Source of the DNA: Catajapyx aquilonaris
Lineage: Eukaryota
Length of the DNA: 28,178 nucleotides
Direction: 5' to 3'
NCBI GenBank assembly: GCA_000934665.2
Contig: JYFJ02001120.1
Location: 62,001 to 90,178, forward strand
The notes beneath the pieces were generated by a model, which was not told the origin of the DNA, made no database searches, and saw nothing but the letters and a program-made list of their open reading frames with translations. Shown one piece after another: positions 18,211-28,178 of this stretch (within the stretch, counting starts at the first letter, position 1; every line of letters begins with the position of its first letter). The translations under genes were made by a program, and so were the position numbers.

Positions 18211-20226
18211 CTATTTTAAATATCCATATTTGGGAGTCCAGTGTTCAACTTCGTCCCGCTTACAGCAGCTTCTCTTTCCGACACACTTTGTGCAACGGTT
18301 TCGTACCATTTCGTAACCAAAGGCTACCAGGCACAATATCCATCCGGCCACAATAAGCCCAAACGGACCATACAAATGTTTCTTGGACAGTGGATGGTGT
18401 CCTTCCTCCTCGCTCTCTGCTGATTCTTCCTCCTCCTCGTCATTATTCTCTGGACGATGTTTGTTGCGCTCTCTTTGGAGAGCTCTGAGCAAGTTGGAGT
18501 AAGCGATCATGTTTGCATAGTGATAAAACGATCCACTTTCAAAAAAATAGGCCGCAAACCTGTAAGTTGCAGCGTAAGACGGATAATCATTTCTGTATGC
18601 TGCTCCTGTGTACACGTTCACCGCCACCTCGCTGTTGTGATAATATTTGATATGTCCATTTCTATCGGCCATATTCCACAACTCTGAGGATAAAAACGAA
18701 GCAACTCCGAGACACGCAGACTTGTGCTCAGAGCATCTCATGAAACAGTCTCGGTATGTTGAATGCAAAACTAGATTTTCTTTAATAGCCTGGTGAATCG
18801 GAAGGTCCAAGTCTCGAATAAATACGGAATACACGAGGCCATTAATTTGCTCTGCTCCCACCTCGTACTCCATAGACAACAGTTCCTCAAATGTCTTCGG
18901 AAGTACTTCCTTCTTGGGAACCGCCACGAAAGAGAAGACAGCCTCCTGGTATCCGCAGGTGATGACCATGGCAAAGTACAGCCAGAAGGCCACGAAGACT
19001 CTGAATGAGTTGGACGACGGCACCTCTCGGTTGGGCAGCTGCTCCAGAAAGGACTGAAGCAAGTACTGGGCCACGAACATGAGTTGACTAAGGGACGATT
19101 CTTTGTTGCCAGACGCTTGATGCTTCAGGATAAACCATCCTGCAAATACTCCAATGACAGTTCCAAACGTGATGCACAACCAGATAGCCGCATCGTATGG
19201 CCAGAATATAGTTTCCCACGACCAGACAGGACCAGGATACGCCCTGACGAAAGCGAATCCAGTGTAGAAGAAAGGAAAGCCAAACTTCACATGAGTCATG
19301 GCGTCATCTTGGATGAAAGAGAGTGGCAAATAATGGGCGCGTTTGTTAACTAACTCTCCGATGTGTCCTTTCCAAGATCCATTACTCATTCGACTCTGAT
19401 ATATTTCTTCCGGACTGATATCTTTACTGTACACTGTCCATCTGTACTTTAACTGGCGGCCTATAATGTACAGGGCCAGTTCTATCATTGGTAATTTCCA
19501 CATCCCTATCTTCTGGGCCTTAGCCTCCACTTCCTCGGAGGTAATGTCATAAAACCCTGGGATGTTAATATGTGTATCGTTGAATGGCATTGTCGCGTCC
19601 GGAAACAATTCTGCGACAGGAGTCATCGGTATGCCATGGGGATATCTTCCCAGAAATACTATGCGTGAGTCTCCTGGTTTGCAGTAAAAGAGTGAGGTGT
19701 AGATATCCAACGACGACTGGTTTTTAGGAGACGATTCCACAGCCACTTTGAATGACCATCCATCGGCGATGTCTAGCTGCATCGCCTTTTTGGACGATTC
19801 CCGTCTGATCCAGATGACAAAGTAGTCGTGAGATGTGTCGACAGTGATGCTGAATGCTTCGAATACACTCAAACGTCTGAATCCTCGCACCGTGTCACTG
19901 GTGACGAAATGTACGACGCACTGACCGGCCTTCTTGCGTCTTTCGTAAAAGTCCCAGAGCTCATGGACTGCTCGGTGATGCGGTACTTCGAAGCTGTTCG
20001 GAACTCGAAACGTCAAGGAGAATCTGAATTTCTGAGCCATTCTGTTCATTATGTTCTGGAACTGAGCCGGAAGGTGATCAAAGTCGTGAGCCAACACTAA
20101 ACTGCACTTGGGAAACGTTTGTGACATCATGTCCCAGAGGAACTGCGCCACTGTTTGTTCTTCGTGGTTGTGACACAGGCCCAGGCACAAGAGCAGGTTT
20201 AGCACGAATATCCTTGAAGCCATCAT
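18211..20226 (-). CDS. Intronless divergent ionotropic receptor (IR, variant iGluR chemoreceptor), 671 aa
   Basis: Single 2016-nt ORF with a signal peptide, S1 lobe NGSWKGHIGELVNK...FGFPFFYTG, M1 WETIFWPYDAAIWLCI, pore segment LQSFLEQ, M3 SSNSFRVFVAFWLYFAMVITCGYQEAVFSF, S2 start PKTFEELL, and M4 PLSKKHLYGPFGLIVAGWILCLVAFGYE. AATAAA on the - strand at 18128-18123. Confidence 0.9.
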   Translation of the reverse strand: MMASRIFVLNLLLCLGLCHNHEEQTVAQFLWDMMSQTFPKCSLVLAHDFDHLPAQFQNIMNRMAQKFRFSLTFRVPNSFEVPHHRAVHELWDFYERRKKAGQCVVHFVTSDTVRGFRRLSVFEAFSITVDTSHDYFVIWIRRESSKKAMQLDIADGWSFKVAVESSPKNQSSLDIYTSLFYCKPGDSRIVFLGRYPHGIPMTPVAELFPDATMPFNDTHINIPGFYDITSEEVEAKAQKIGMWKLPMIELALYIIGRQLKYRWTVYSKDISPEEIYQSRMSNGSWKGHIGELVNKRAHYLPLSFIQDDAMTHVKFGFPFFYTGFAFVRAYPGPVWSWETIFWPYDAAIWLCITFGTVIGVFAGWFILKHQASGNKESSLSQLMFVAQYLLQSFLEQLPNREVPSSNSFRVFVAFWLYFAMVITCGYQEAVFSFVAVPKKEVLPKTFEELLSMEYEVGAEQINGLVYSVFIRDLDLPIHQAIKENLVLHSTYRDCFMRCSEHKSACLGVASFLSSELWNMADRNGHIKYYHNSEVAVNVYTGAAYRNDYPSYAATYRFAAYFFESGSFYHYANMIAYSNLLRALQRERNKHRPENNDEEEEESAESEEEGHHPLSKKHLYGPFGLIVAGWILCLVAFGYEMVRNRCTKCVGKRSCCKRDEVEHWTPKYGYLK

Positions 20227-22233
20227 GATTTCTTCGTCTGAACTTCTCCGTGTAGGTAGTTACACTATAGGTACAAGTTGGGTATGTCGAGAGGCCAGTA
20301 CGAGGCGTTTCGATTGCTCTATTCCTGACACAAGGGTATGATTACATCTCATGTTGCAAATGACGCACTTATGGCTGAGTGATCAATACACTAGGCACAT
20401 GTGTAATTGCACCTTATGTATGCACACATATCGAAAAATGATAGGTTTCGCTCTATACTGTAGAGCAATACCTTGTGTGATTACATCTCATGTTGAAATG
20501 GTCCCGTGTCGAAACCTTTACATTGTATGTGAGCACGTTATATAATTGGATGTTCAGTTCTCTATTGGGAATTAAGATTTGAAGTAAAGAAACAATATAT
20601 TGCTCGTTTGTACAGTGGCAGATGTGAAATGCAGAACTAACATATAGTCGCATTAAAATTATTTTGTGATGTTGAAACCATCAATAGGTATACTGGTAGG
20701 CCTATAGCCTACGGCACCGAGCACTGTTGTTAATATGCATAACTTAATTTCAATCACACTTCGCGTCTTTTTTGAAAGAAGCCTGAATAAATATGTGGCC
20801 CCCTCAAGGTTGTGTCAACCGCAGGGGACTATACAGTATCATATTTTTTTTGGAGTAGACCAATAATCACTTTAGGAAAGTGTGAGAGTTCTCTTATTAT
20901 ATTCGGAGAACTCACACATTTTCCTATCGGATCGATGTTTAGAAATACGTAGACTGCTCCGACCCTGTTCATTAGAGCAAAACGTATTATAATACTTTCG
21001 TCCAACGTAGGTTTTAGCCTGATATCATGGCTATTGGTTTCTTGAGAAGGTGAATCAATGGCTTGTACTGAGGAGGTAACATTATTTTGAAGGCCTGTAA
21101 TATACAGAAAGATCAAACTGACTGATTTCACTATATTACTGGTTTGAACTTTGGAGATTGATTAATCTCTTATTGATGTCTTATTGGATGAATTATTTTC
21201 TAATATTAATTTCTCAAGGAGGCTGTAATTTCCGTGCCCTATTGAAGAGAATGAGCAGTCTAGTGTAGACCATATATATTCTTTCCTTTAACTGGTCGCG
21301 GTCATTTTTCTATAACTGATTAGACAGAGGACTATTATAGACCCTTTCAGATCCGGATTAAATGCAATTTCCAGCAAAGTGGGGTGCATTTCAAGACTTC
21401 ATTTGACGACTGCACTTCTTGATTGAGCAACTTCTCCAGGAACGATCTAAGCAAGTAGTACGTACTGTAGTAGCCGCAAACACCAGAGAGTGCATGACAC
21501 GTCTCGATCACGCTAACCGGGCTCTAATCTTTAGGAAATCTCAGACTGGGAAGTGATGACCTCCAACCATAGCCAAGTTTAAAGTTTGAGATTCAGCCAG
21601 GCAGCAAATTCCCCAAATTATGGAGGTATGTGGTACAGTATCTAATACAAGTAATTACGTATATTAGACCTGAAGGAACCTCACGAAGGCGAAGTGCAAT
21701 GTAGGAAGCCCGGTTGTTGCACTGTACAGTACTCATAATATTAGCAGACGAATATTTTGAATAATTTTCCAATACCTTGAACACCAAGGGAATAAAAATC
21801 ATAAGGCAGAGCGTATATTAGTCAAAACTTTATATATAAAAAGATGCGGTACCTCACACTCAATTAATCTCATTATCCGATACGGTATGATTTTGGAGAC
21901 AGATCGGAACTAATGAGTCTACTCTCCGATGCTTGTCCTTCAGGCGACGTTATTGGAGAGACAGACTAACTGAGCTGGCAGTAGTATTCGGGGCATTCAC
22001 TTGACAGCATTGAACCTCTCCATTTGACAAGATATCCAACAAGCTTGTTATAATATTACATTCTCGGCAAGTCCTTATTAATAGGCGGCGGTCACATTTC
22101 TTTGGTATGCTGACTAAGTCCTCCACACAGTTCATGCCTTGGTTCATGCTCATTACAATCTCGTTGCACATTTGGCACTGTTCAATACTATTCACAACGC
22201 GATCGTTTCTTCTTCATTTAATCATGATTAAGC

Positions 22234-25200
22234 CTAACTCTCTGATGGCCGGATGTATCTCCTGTGATTCCTGTGCCTAACCACCACCATGACAATAAGC
22301 ACTATCAAAAGCATGACGCAGATGACACTCAGAACAGCGATGACCACATCTGTAACATTGCAAGGAAACGGATTAGTCACCTCGCCCACACCCTATATAC
22401 TAATAAGATATGCATCAAATTAGGCAATCGCAAGGACCTTTTACAGCGACTCCGGATCCTTCCAAACCGCATTCCCAGGCCCAGTCTTCTGTCTTGAAGG
22501 GTTGCATCGCCTCGCAGAATAGCTCGGTGGTGCATGGCAGAGGACAACGTGCCATCCACATAGGGTATGGATCCCGAGACGTGTCGTTGTGATACGTGAG
22601 CTGAAAACATTGGATGTGGTTGTAAAAAAATGAAGGCGCAAATAGCGTGAAAGTAAAATAAAAAAGCTTTGTTTGTAACCCTATATGAAGGCCAAGTAAC
22701 TTGCAAGGGAATCCCCCCCATCAGAATGAGATGTTGTGCTCTTGGCAAGGTGAAGGGCGTCCAGTTTCAGATTGCCTCGATATTACTGATATTCACTGTT
22801 GTAGTGCATACCGTATGACCATCGGCATTCACGTTATCTAGAAACTTTTACGTGCTGCGATTTGTAATAAACTTAGTAATTTGAATTCGCTTGAAGTGTA
22901 ATTAATTTCAGTATCCAATATACTACTTTACATAATATTTGCAAGGTTACTACGGTATGTATACAGTGTCCAGAATTTTTCATAACTTATAGAAAAGTCT
23001 CGTCATTGGTTAATATCTTTAAATCATAGGCCTCTGATCCTGTGTTGTAAAGGTCATATTTACGCAATGCAAATTTGAGGTGTAATCATGAAGCTGTCTT
23101 GTCCAGCTGAAAGGCACATTTTGACAACTCATTGCAGTAGCCTATAGTACAGAGTGAGTGCCATGATGATTACAATAATATTCGACCTGTTGCAACCGGC
23201 CCTAAGTCACACCAGTAGTACGTAAGGCAAGAATTGCACTTATATAAAACATGCAAGTTGGGAAGGTGGCCAGTGAATTTTCTTCATAACCTCGGCGTGT
23301 GCGTTTTATTGGAAGCAAAAAAATGTGATAGCGTGAAGTTTTACACGGTAACGTTGCTGATTGAGTAATTCTTGACGTAAATTCATTAATTGCAGTTCTC
23401 GGGCAAGAGAAGCGCGAGAAAAAGTATAATCTCACGATATGGGCGGAATGGTGTTTTCGTTTTTTATGTTGTATTTTATGAGACGCAAATCATATAAAGT
23501 ACGCCTACAATATGTTTAAATTACTTCCTCTTTTTTTGCAAATATATAATTAACATACCTTGACAGCGTAATCTCCGTCTATTCCGTGCGTTTCGAGGAT
23601 GACCGTGGCCGCATATGGTGGAGGAACAGAGAGATCAGCTCCCAAGGTCTGCAGCAGCCCTCCGATTATATTGCTGCTAACTCCATAAACAAACACTTTC
23701 TTGTTGCTGGTCCCATTGTGAAGTTGCTCGAAATGGTTCCCGATGTCTTCCAATATTGGGCCTGCGAATGTATTAATTTATATATATTAAATTAAGCGTC
23801 ATAAGATTTGCTGTGAATATTTGCGAGATCTAATAATAGTACTGGACTGTAATTTAAAAAAGAAACACTGACCTAGTGTGAGCTTCCTCACTTCTGCTGT
23901 GAGCCCATACATTTTGTAGCTTTGAGCCACAATTGGCATCATTTGTTGGGGAAACACATTTCTAGTCCAGTCTGGTAGGATCAAACCGCTGTTGAGCTGT
24001 TGGCAAAAGAAATGCATTGTTAGATTTTCCTAGCTCAGTGTATTACACCGCAATTATTTCACAATCAATACCTCGTCTGTTAGAGTGTTGTAAATTTCCG
24101 CAACGTCCATGAATGTCTTGACTGGCCGTCCTGTGTTTTCCTCTATAAACGCATAAAGTGACCGTCTTTCCTCGTTGTAGGCCTTTAGATGTGGGAGGTC
24201 CAATATAGTATCTATTGCGCTCTTCATTTTTGGGCACATTGTATCAGAAGCCAGCTGCAAAGAAAAATCATAAATTTATTGTGGAGAAACGACAAAAAAA
24301 TGTAAATATAGACTTTGAGGGTGTAAAGTGCAATAATACTGCATGTTGTTCTGTAGCTGAAAACCTGTTTACCTATGCCAAGTTCTCACTATGGAAAGAC
24401 GTCATTAGAGAAACTATCACACATAATTAGCAAAACGCAAGGCTGTAAACAGCATCCTATACATACCCAGTCACAACTGGCGTCGTTCGTGCGGACCGGT
24501 ACAGGTTGCCAGAGAACTCCGGAGTTCCAGACCTGAGATCCTTCAGGAGAAAACATCCCAGCCAATGCAGTTTGCAAAGTGATTATGGTTTTGTCCACGT
24601 TTGAACTTCGGGCCTCTACTTCACTAGGATGGAAGTAATATCCTAGAAATGGCCTGTAATGATTGGCCAGTTGCTTTCCCACCAAATAAGCCCTCATTTT
24701 GCCAACCTGGAAAAATAGCGTGGAATAATATTAGCATGTGCTTCAAAACCCATATGTGAGATGTACTTACATTTGTGACGTGACCAAGACCATTGGGCCA
24801 GCTTGAGGCACCGTTGTATGGGTCTTTAGGGTACGGTGTCTCAGGAGTCTGGTCAGTGTCGCTGAAGAACTGCAAAGAGTGACAACGTTGCTCACTCTAC
24901 TGTGTCAATGAATTGGGGGGCTTAAATTATGCGCGCCCTAATTTGAGGATGACCTCATGTCATATGATTGGAATGCCATCCATTGCATATGGAAATTTGC
25001 GGATGACAGTAATGGCCTGGTAATGGCCTGCGAGAAGGTCTTTTGCAACACTTTGGTCGTGGTAAAATGTTACGTTAGAGATTGCAGCCTTCTTTTGAAA
25101 AATGTACCTAATCCGTACCTAATTGTCGCTTATTGACACGTATGACTGTTAAAAGTGCTGATAAGATGATTACAATTAAGCAATTTGGTTATGAGCATAT

Positions 25201-25683
25201 TATTTATGGCGGGTATGAACTGGCAATACTCGTGCATAGATTTTCTAAATATAAATCCTTTCCTCTCCCAAATACTTGTAATTAGGTGGATAAGTAAGAG
25301 TTTGAGGTTGAATGTAATCAATTTTTACTTCACGAATGTAAATTACTGCACACTTCCCACTTATGCACTTATGTGAGTTTTTAAAATCGCTTGAAAATTT
25401 TATGACAATTTTACTGATGATAATGCAGTACCTTAATTCAAAGATGACATAGGAAACAATTTTATAAAAAATTGATCATAATTTTGTGCAATTAAGAAAT
25501 CTGCATTAAAAATTAATCCGCTATGTAAAAAATTTAAAAAATAAAATTGTCAAATGAAATAGCACTTACCACATGAAGTTGTTTGAGCTGCCTCAGATCT
25601 CGAGAGGCTGGTTGACCATGGCCTCGTTGAGCGCGGACATTTGAAATGCACATAATAAGAACAAGTCCCCAGAAGCAACGCAT
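22234..25683 (-). CDS. Histidine acid phosphatase-family protein lacking catalytic residues (probable pseudophosphatase), signal peptide plus C-terminal TM, ~413 aa
   Basis: Exons 25683-25570, 24869-24771, 24706-24467, 24254-24072, 23996-23873, 23761-23559, 22600-22438, 22349-22234; the frame is open throughout. Family motifs are present (YPKDPY..WPNGLGHVT, WQPVPV, CPK, LPDWT, PPPYAATVILE, HNDT..CPLPC..W..EC). RHGxRxP reads SDTDQTP and the HD region reads YGVSSN. The last donor (AAG|GTCCTT) is weak. Confidence 0.88.
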
Positions 25684-27520
25684 GCTTATAGATTTATGGC
25701 ACGACCTCCGTGTACGTGAGAGACTGTCAGTAGAGGAACCTGCTTTGGACTACCTTTCCTGTCGGTGTCTGTGGAAAGACTGCCAACTGATTCCAACCAC
25801 GGAGTAGGGGGGCTCTTAAGGATTGAGGTTACGTCACCGAGGGCTACCATGGAAAACCACTCCCAGAGTCATTACCACTGTACGGTATAGCTGCGGTCAG
25901 ATGAGGATTGGAGCAACTTTGAAAATTTCCATGCACAATAGATTGCACCTGATGTCATGATGGGGGTAAAAAATAAATTAATTGTGATTTTTTAAGGAGG
26001 GGAAAAACCGTGGTGACCTTTCATCGTGTGGTTAAAATCTAATTTTCCGTGGGATAGTACTACAATGCCACTCAGAATACCAGATGAGGATTGGTGAAAA
26101 TGTGAGGGAATCACGCAACTCGAGATGTATTGCGTTTTTGGCACTTTTTCACGTGAGAATATTTTATATTTTGATTCAACCACCGTCACACTTGATTTTA
26201 TCATCGAAACATGAAAAGGAAAATTTAAGTTATTTAAGTTTGGGAAGCTATTTTGAAACGTGGCAAAAGTATATGGATGATGTTTTGATTTAAATGGCAA
26301 GACTACTTCATTTACACAAAAACTAGAAAATCATTCGGATGTTTTTAAAGTTATTAAGGAACTTTTTGCGCTGTGAGATATTTTACAGGGTGTACTGACA
26401 GTTTGTGGAACAGATTTAGTTGTATAGATGAAGTAGACTATTCCTTGCTCTGTAATGGTTATAGGAGTCTCTGCAATCAAAATCTCATTAACCGTAAGTT
26501 TTCATAGATTTATTCTACATAAAATAGAATCTGCGTTGCTGTAATTGACATCTCAAGGACTTGCCCGAGGGAGAAAAATATTGCAAGTGCCTGACGTTAT
26601 CATTCAGACAATATCTATCAGATGCATATTTTTGTTACACAACAGGAAATTTAACATTGCGCCTGGAGCACCATTTAAAACAGGACAGACAACTACAAAG
26701 AACTGTAGCTACAGTACAATCTTTACTAACAAATTAACTCGTCCTATACTGAATAACATTATAGCTTTTTACTGTGTCTTGATTAAATATCCTCGGCATA
26801 ATGAAAAATCAGATAAATAGAGATAATTACAGCATTACAAAACACCGAACATGAGTTATCGAAATGTATAAATTTGGCACTCCTGAGTGTCTGAACTTCC
26901 TCCGAATATTACCAAGGACAAGGCTCGTAATCACTCTGGACAAGGCCGCATACAAATTTACTATTTTTTGAAAGCAATTACTTACCTGCCCTCAAGACAG
27001 TGCCCTTTTTTTGTACCGAGTTCCCCATGAATTTCTCGTGTTTCAGTCAGGTAATTACAGTTACCATTTTACCGAGAGTAATAGAAATTGTTTATTAAAA
27101 ATGGCTTACCCAGCACTAATTAGCCTAGAACTCTCCTAAACCTGTTGTGCAGGAAAACGGAACTTGTGAACTTGTGAAAAAGGCCATAATTATGGGCATC
27201 CGGAGATGCTGCAAGGTCCTTTCCTCGTGAGTCAATCGTTTGTCCGCCACTCATTACGAAATCAAAGTATGGACTCAGGCGGAAGCGCCTACGCCTTCCT
27301 GAAATGAGACAATCGTGTCTAGGAAAAAGAATGCGTAGGGGCTCCTTCACCTGCGTGAGTCAGCTCGGTGAATCAAAATCGGAAATACCTCTGTAATATG
27401 CCTAGTGCGTTTTGCGAAGTGGTAAAGCAAATTATTAAATAAACATGGACTTAAACTCTTAAAGTATAGCCGAAACAAATATCACAAAATGCTGTTTACA
27501 GCCAAGCAACCGGAAGGGTT

Positions 27521-27528
27521 TATCGATA
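27521..27528. promoter_or_regulatory. DRE-type palindrome TATCGATA, upstream of candidate non-coding exons of the pseudophosphatase
   Basis: Exact TATCGATA; - strand donors at ~27111 (TGG|GTAAGC) and ~26985 (CAG|GTAAGT), and an acceptor CTACTGACAG at 25724. Confidence 0.25.
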
Positions 27529-28178
27529 TCTAATGCACATTATTATATTTATAGCCCACTTTTTTGGCCATCAGTTTGGTAAGTTGTGAAAGGCCGGAAA
27601 ATACGGTTAGGCCAATTAGTTAGCAAATTGTAATTTGTCCTATATAAATTTTTGTTTTGAAGCTTGCGAATGGCCAGATCAGGCAGTACGACCTGTAAAA
27701 ATTCAGATTTTTAACATTCTGATTTTTATTTTAATAATGTTTTAGAGTTGCACGTTGTTCACTAAATTAGATTTTAATACACTTTATTACTGAATATTGT
27801 ATTACAGTTGTCAGTATGCAATTAGGGGAATTTATACGTGTGTGTATACTTGTATTAGAATGTGCAATCATAAACCTTCACTTTAGGGAACATTATGCAA
27901 CTTGAAAAGTACGATCTTAACATCAGCCATTGTCAGAAGCAAAAAAAAATGTAAAAATCTTCCAAGTATGTTCTGTATAATCACATTTTAACTAAATTTC
28001 TGGACTGGCGGCGACGTTTTACATTGCTAAGTCAATTATGGAACGAAACATGAGTAGAATCTTATCAAAACCATGACCACACAAGGGGCAGAGGTAGAAG
28101 AGGAGAGTAAGGGAATGCTGTCGTGGAACGGTGCGGAGAGGGGGACGGAACAGACAAATCAAGAGGCAGAGGAAGAGG

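Noticed and set aside
17241..20226. Idea that the adjacent RTE LINE retroposed the intronless IR
   Set aside because: Opposite orientation, no shared TSD or poly(A) remnant; adjacency is not required for trans-mobilisation.
20829..21131. 100-aa - strand ORF upstream of the IR
   Set aside because: Non-ATG start and no recognisable motif; the IR already has its own signal peptide.
21950..22195. Cys-rich 81-aa ORF (CQMC...CREC) resembling a small zinc-binding or viral protein
   Set aside because: Non-ATG start, it lies in the expected 3' UTR of the pseudophosphatase, and no neighbouring viral-like ORFs were found.
26385..26520. Solitary TACAGGGTG transposon-like end (similar lone ends at ~3207, ~16880, ~23200, ~25993)
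   Set aside because: No matching partner TIR found in the window, so boundaries cannot be supported.
27120..27350. 76-aa - strand ORF near the window end
   Set aside because: No homology recognised; more likely non-coding or UTR sequence.
1..28178. CRISPR arrays, tRNA/rRNA genes, prokaryotic operons
   Set aside because: No regularly spaced repeat-spacer array or RNA gene signatures; the DNA is clearly spliceosomal-intron eukaryotic.

Overview
Eukaryotic, intron-containing DNA, most likely from an arthropod or other protostome (divergent ionotropic receptor, RTE LINE, Tc1/mariner MITEs). I can reconstruct four protein-coding genes exon by exon. (1) A + strand NRAMP/SLC11 (Malvolio/DMT1-like) divalent metal transporter at 498-11663, with sequence evidence for an alternative first exon and an alternative last exon. 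(2) A - strand, catalytically intact histidine acid phosphatase at 15575-12228 with an N-terminal membrane anchor. (3) An intronless divergent ionotropic receptor at 20226-18211. (4) A second - strand acid-phosphatase paralogue at 25683-22234 whose reading frame and splice sites are intact but which has lost both catalytic motifs, i.e. a probable membrane-anchored pseudophosphatase. Introns are packed with fold-back DNA-transposon derivatives (mariner/Tc1, Tigger-like, Academ-like, Harbinger-like). One carries five metal-response-element cores inside the metal transporter gene, and one closely resembles mammalian MER2/Tigger3 as I recall it. A 5'-truncated RTE LINE lies between the first phosphatase and the receptor. 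All gene models were built by hand from GT-AG sites and motif continuity; no searches were run.
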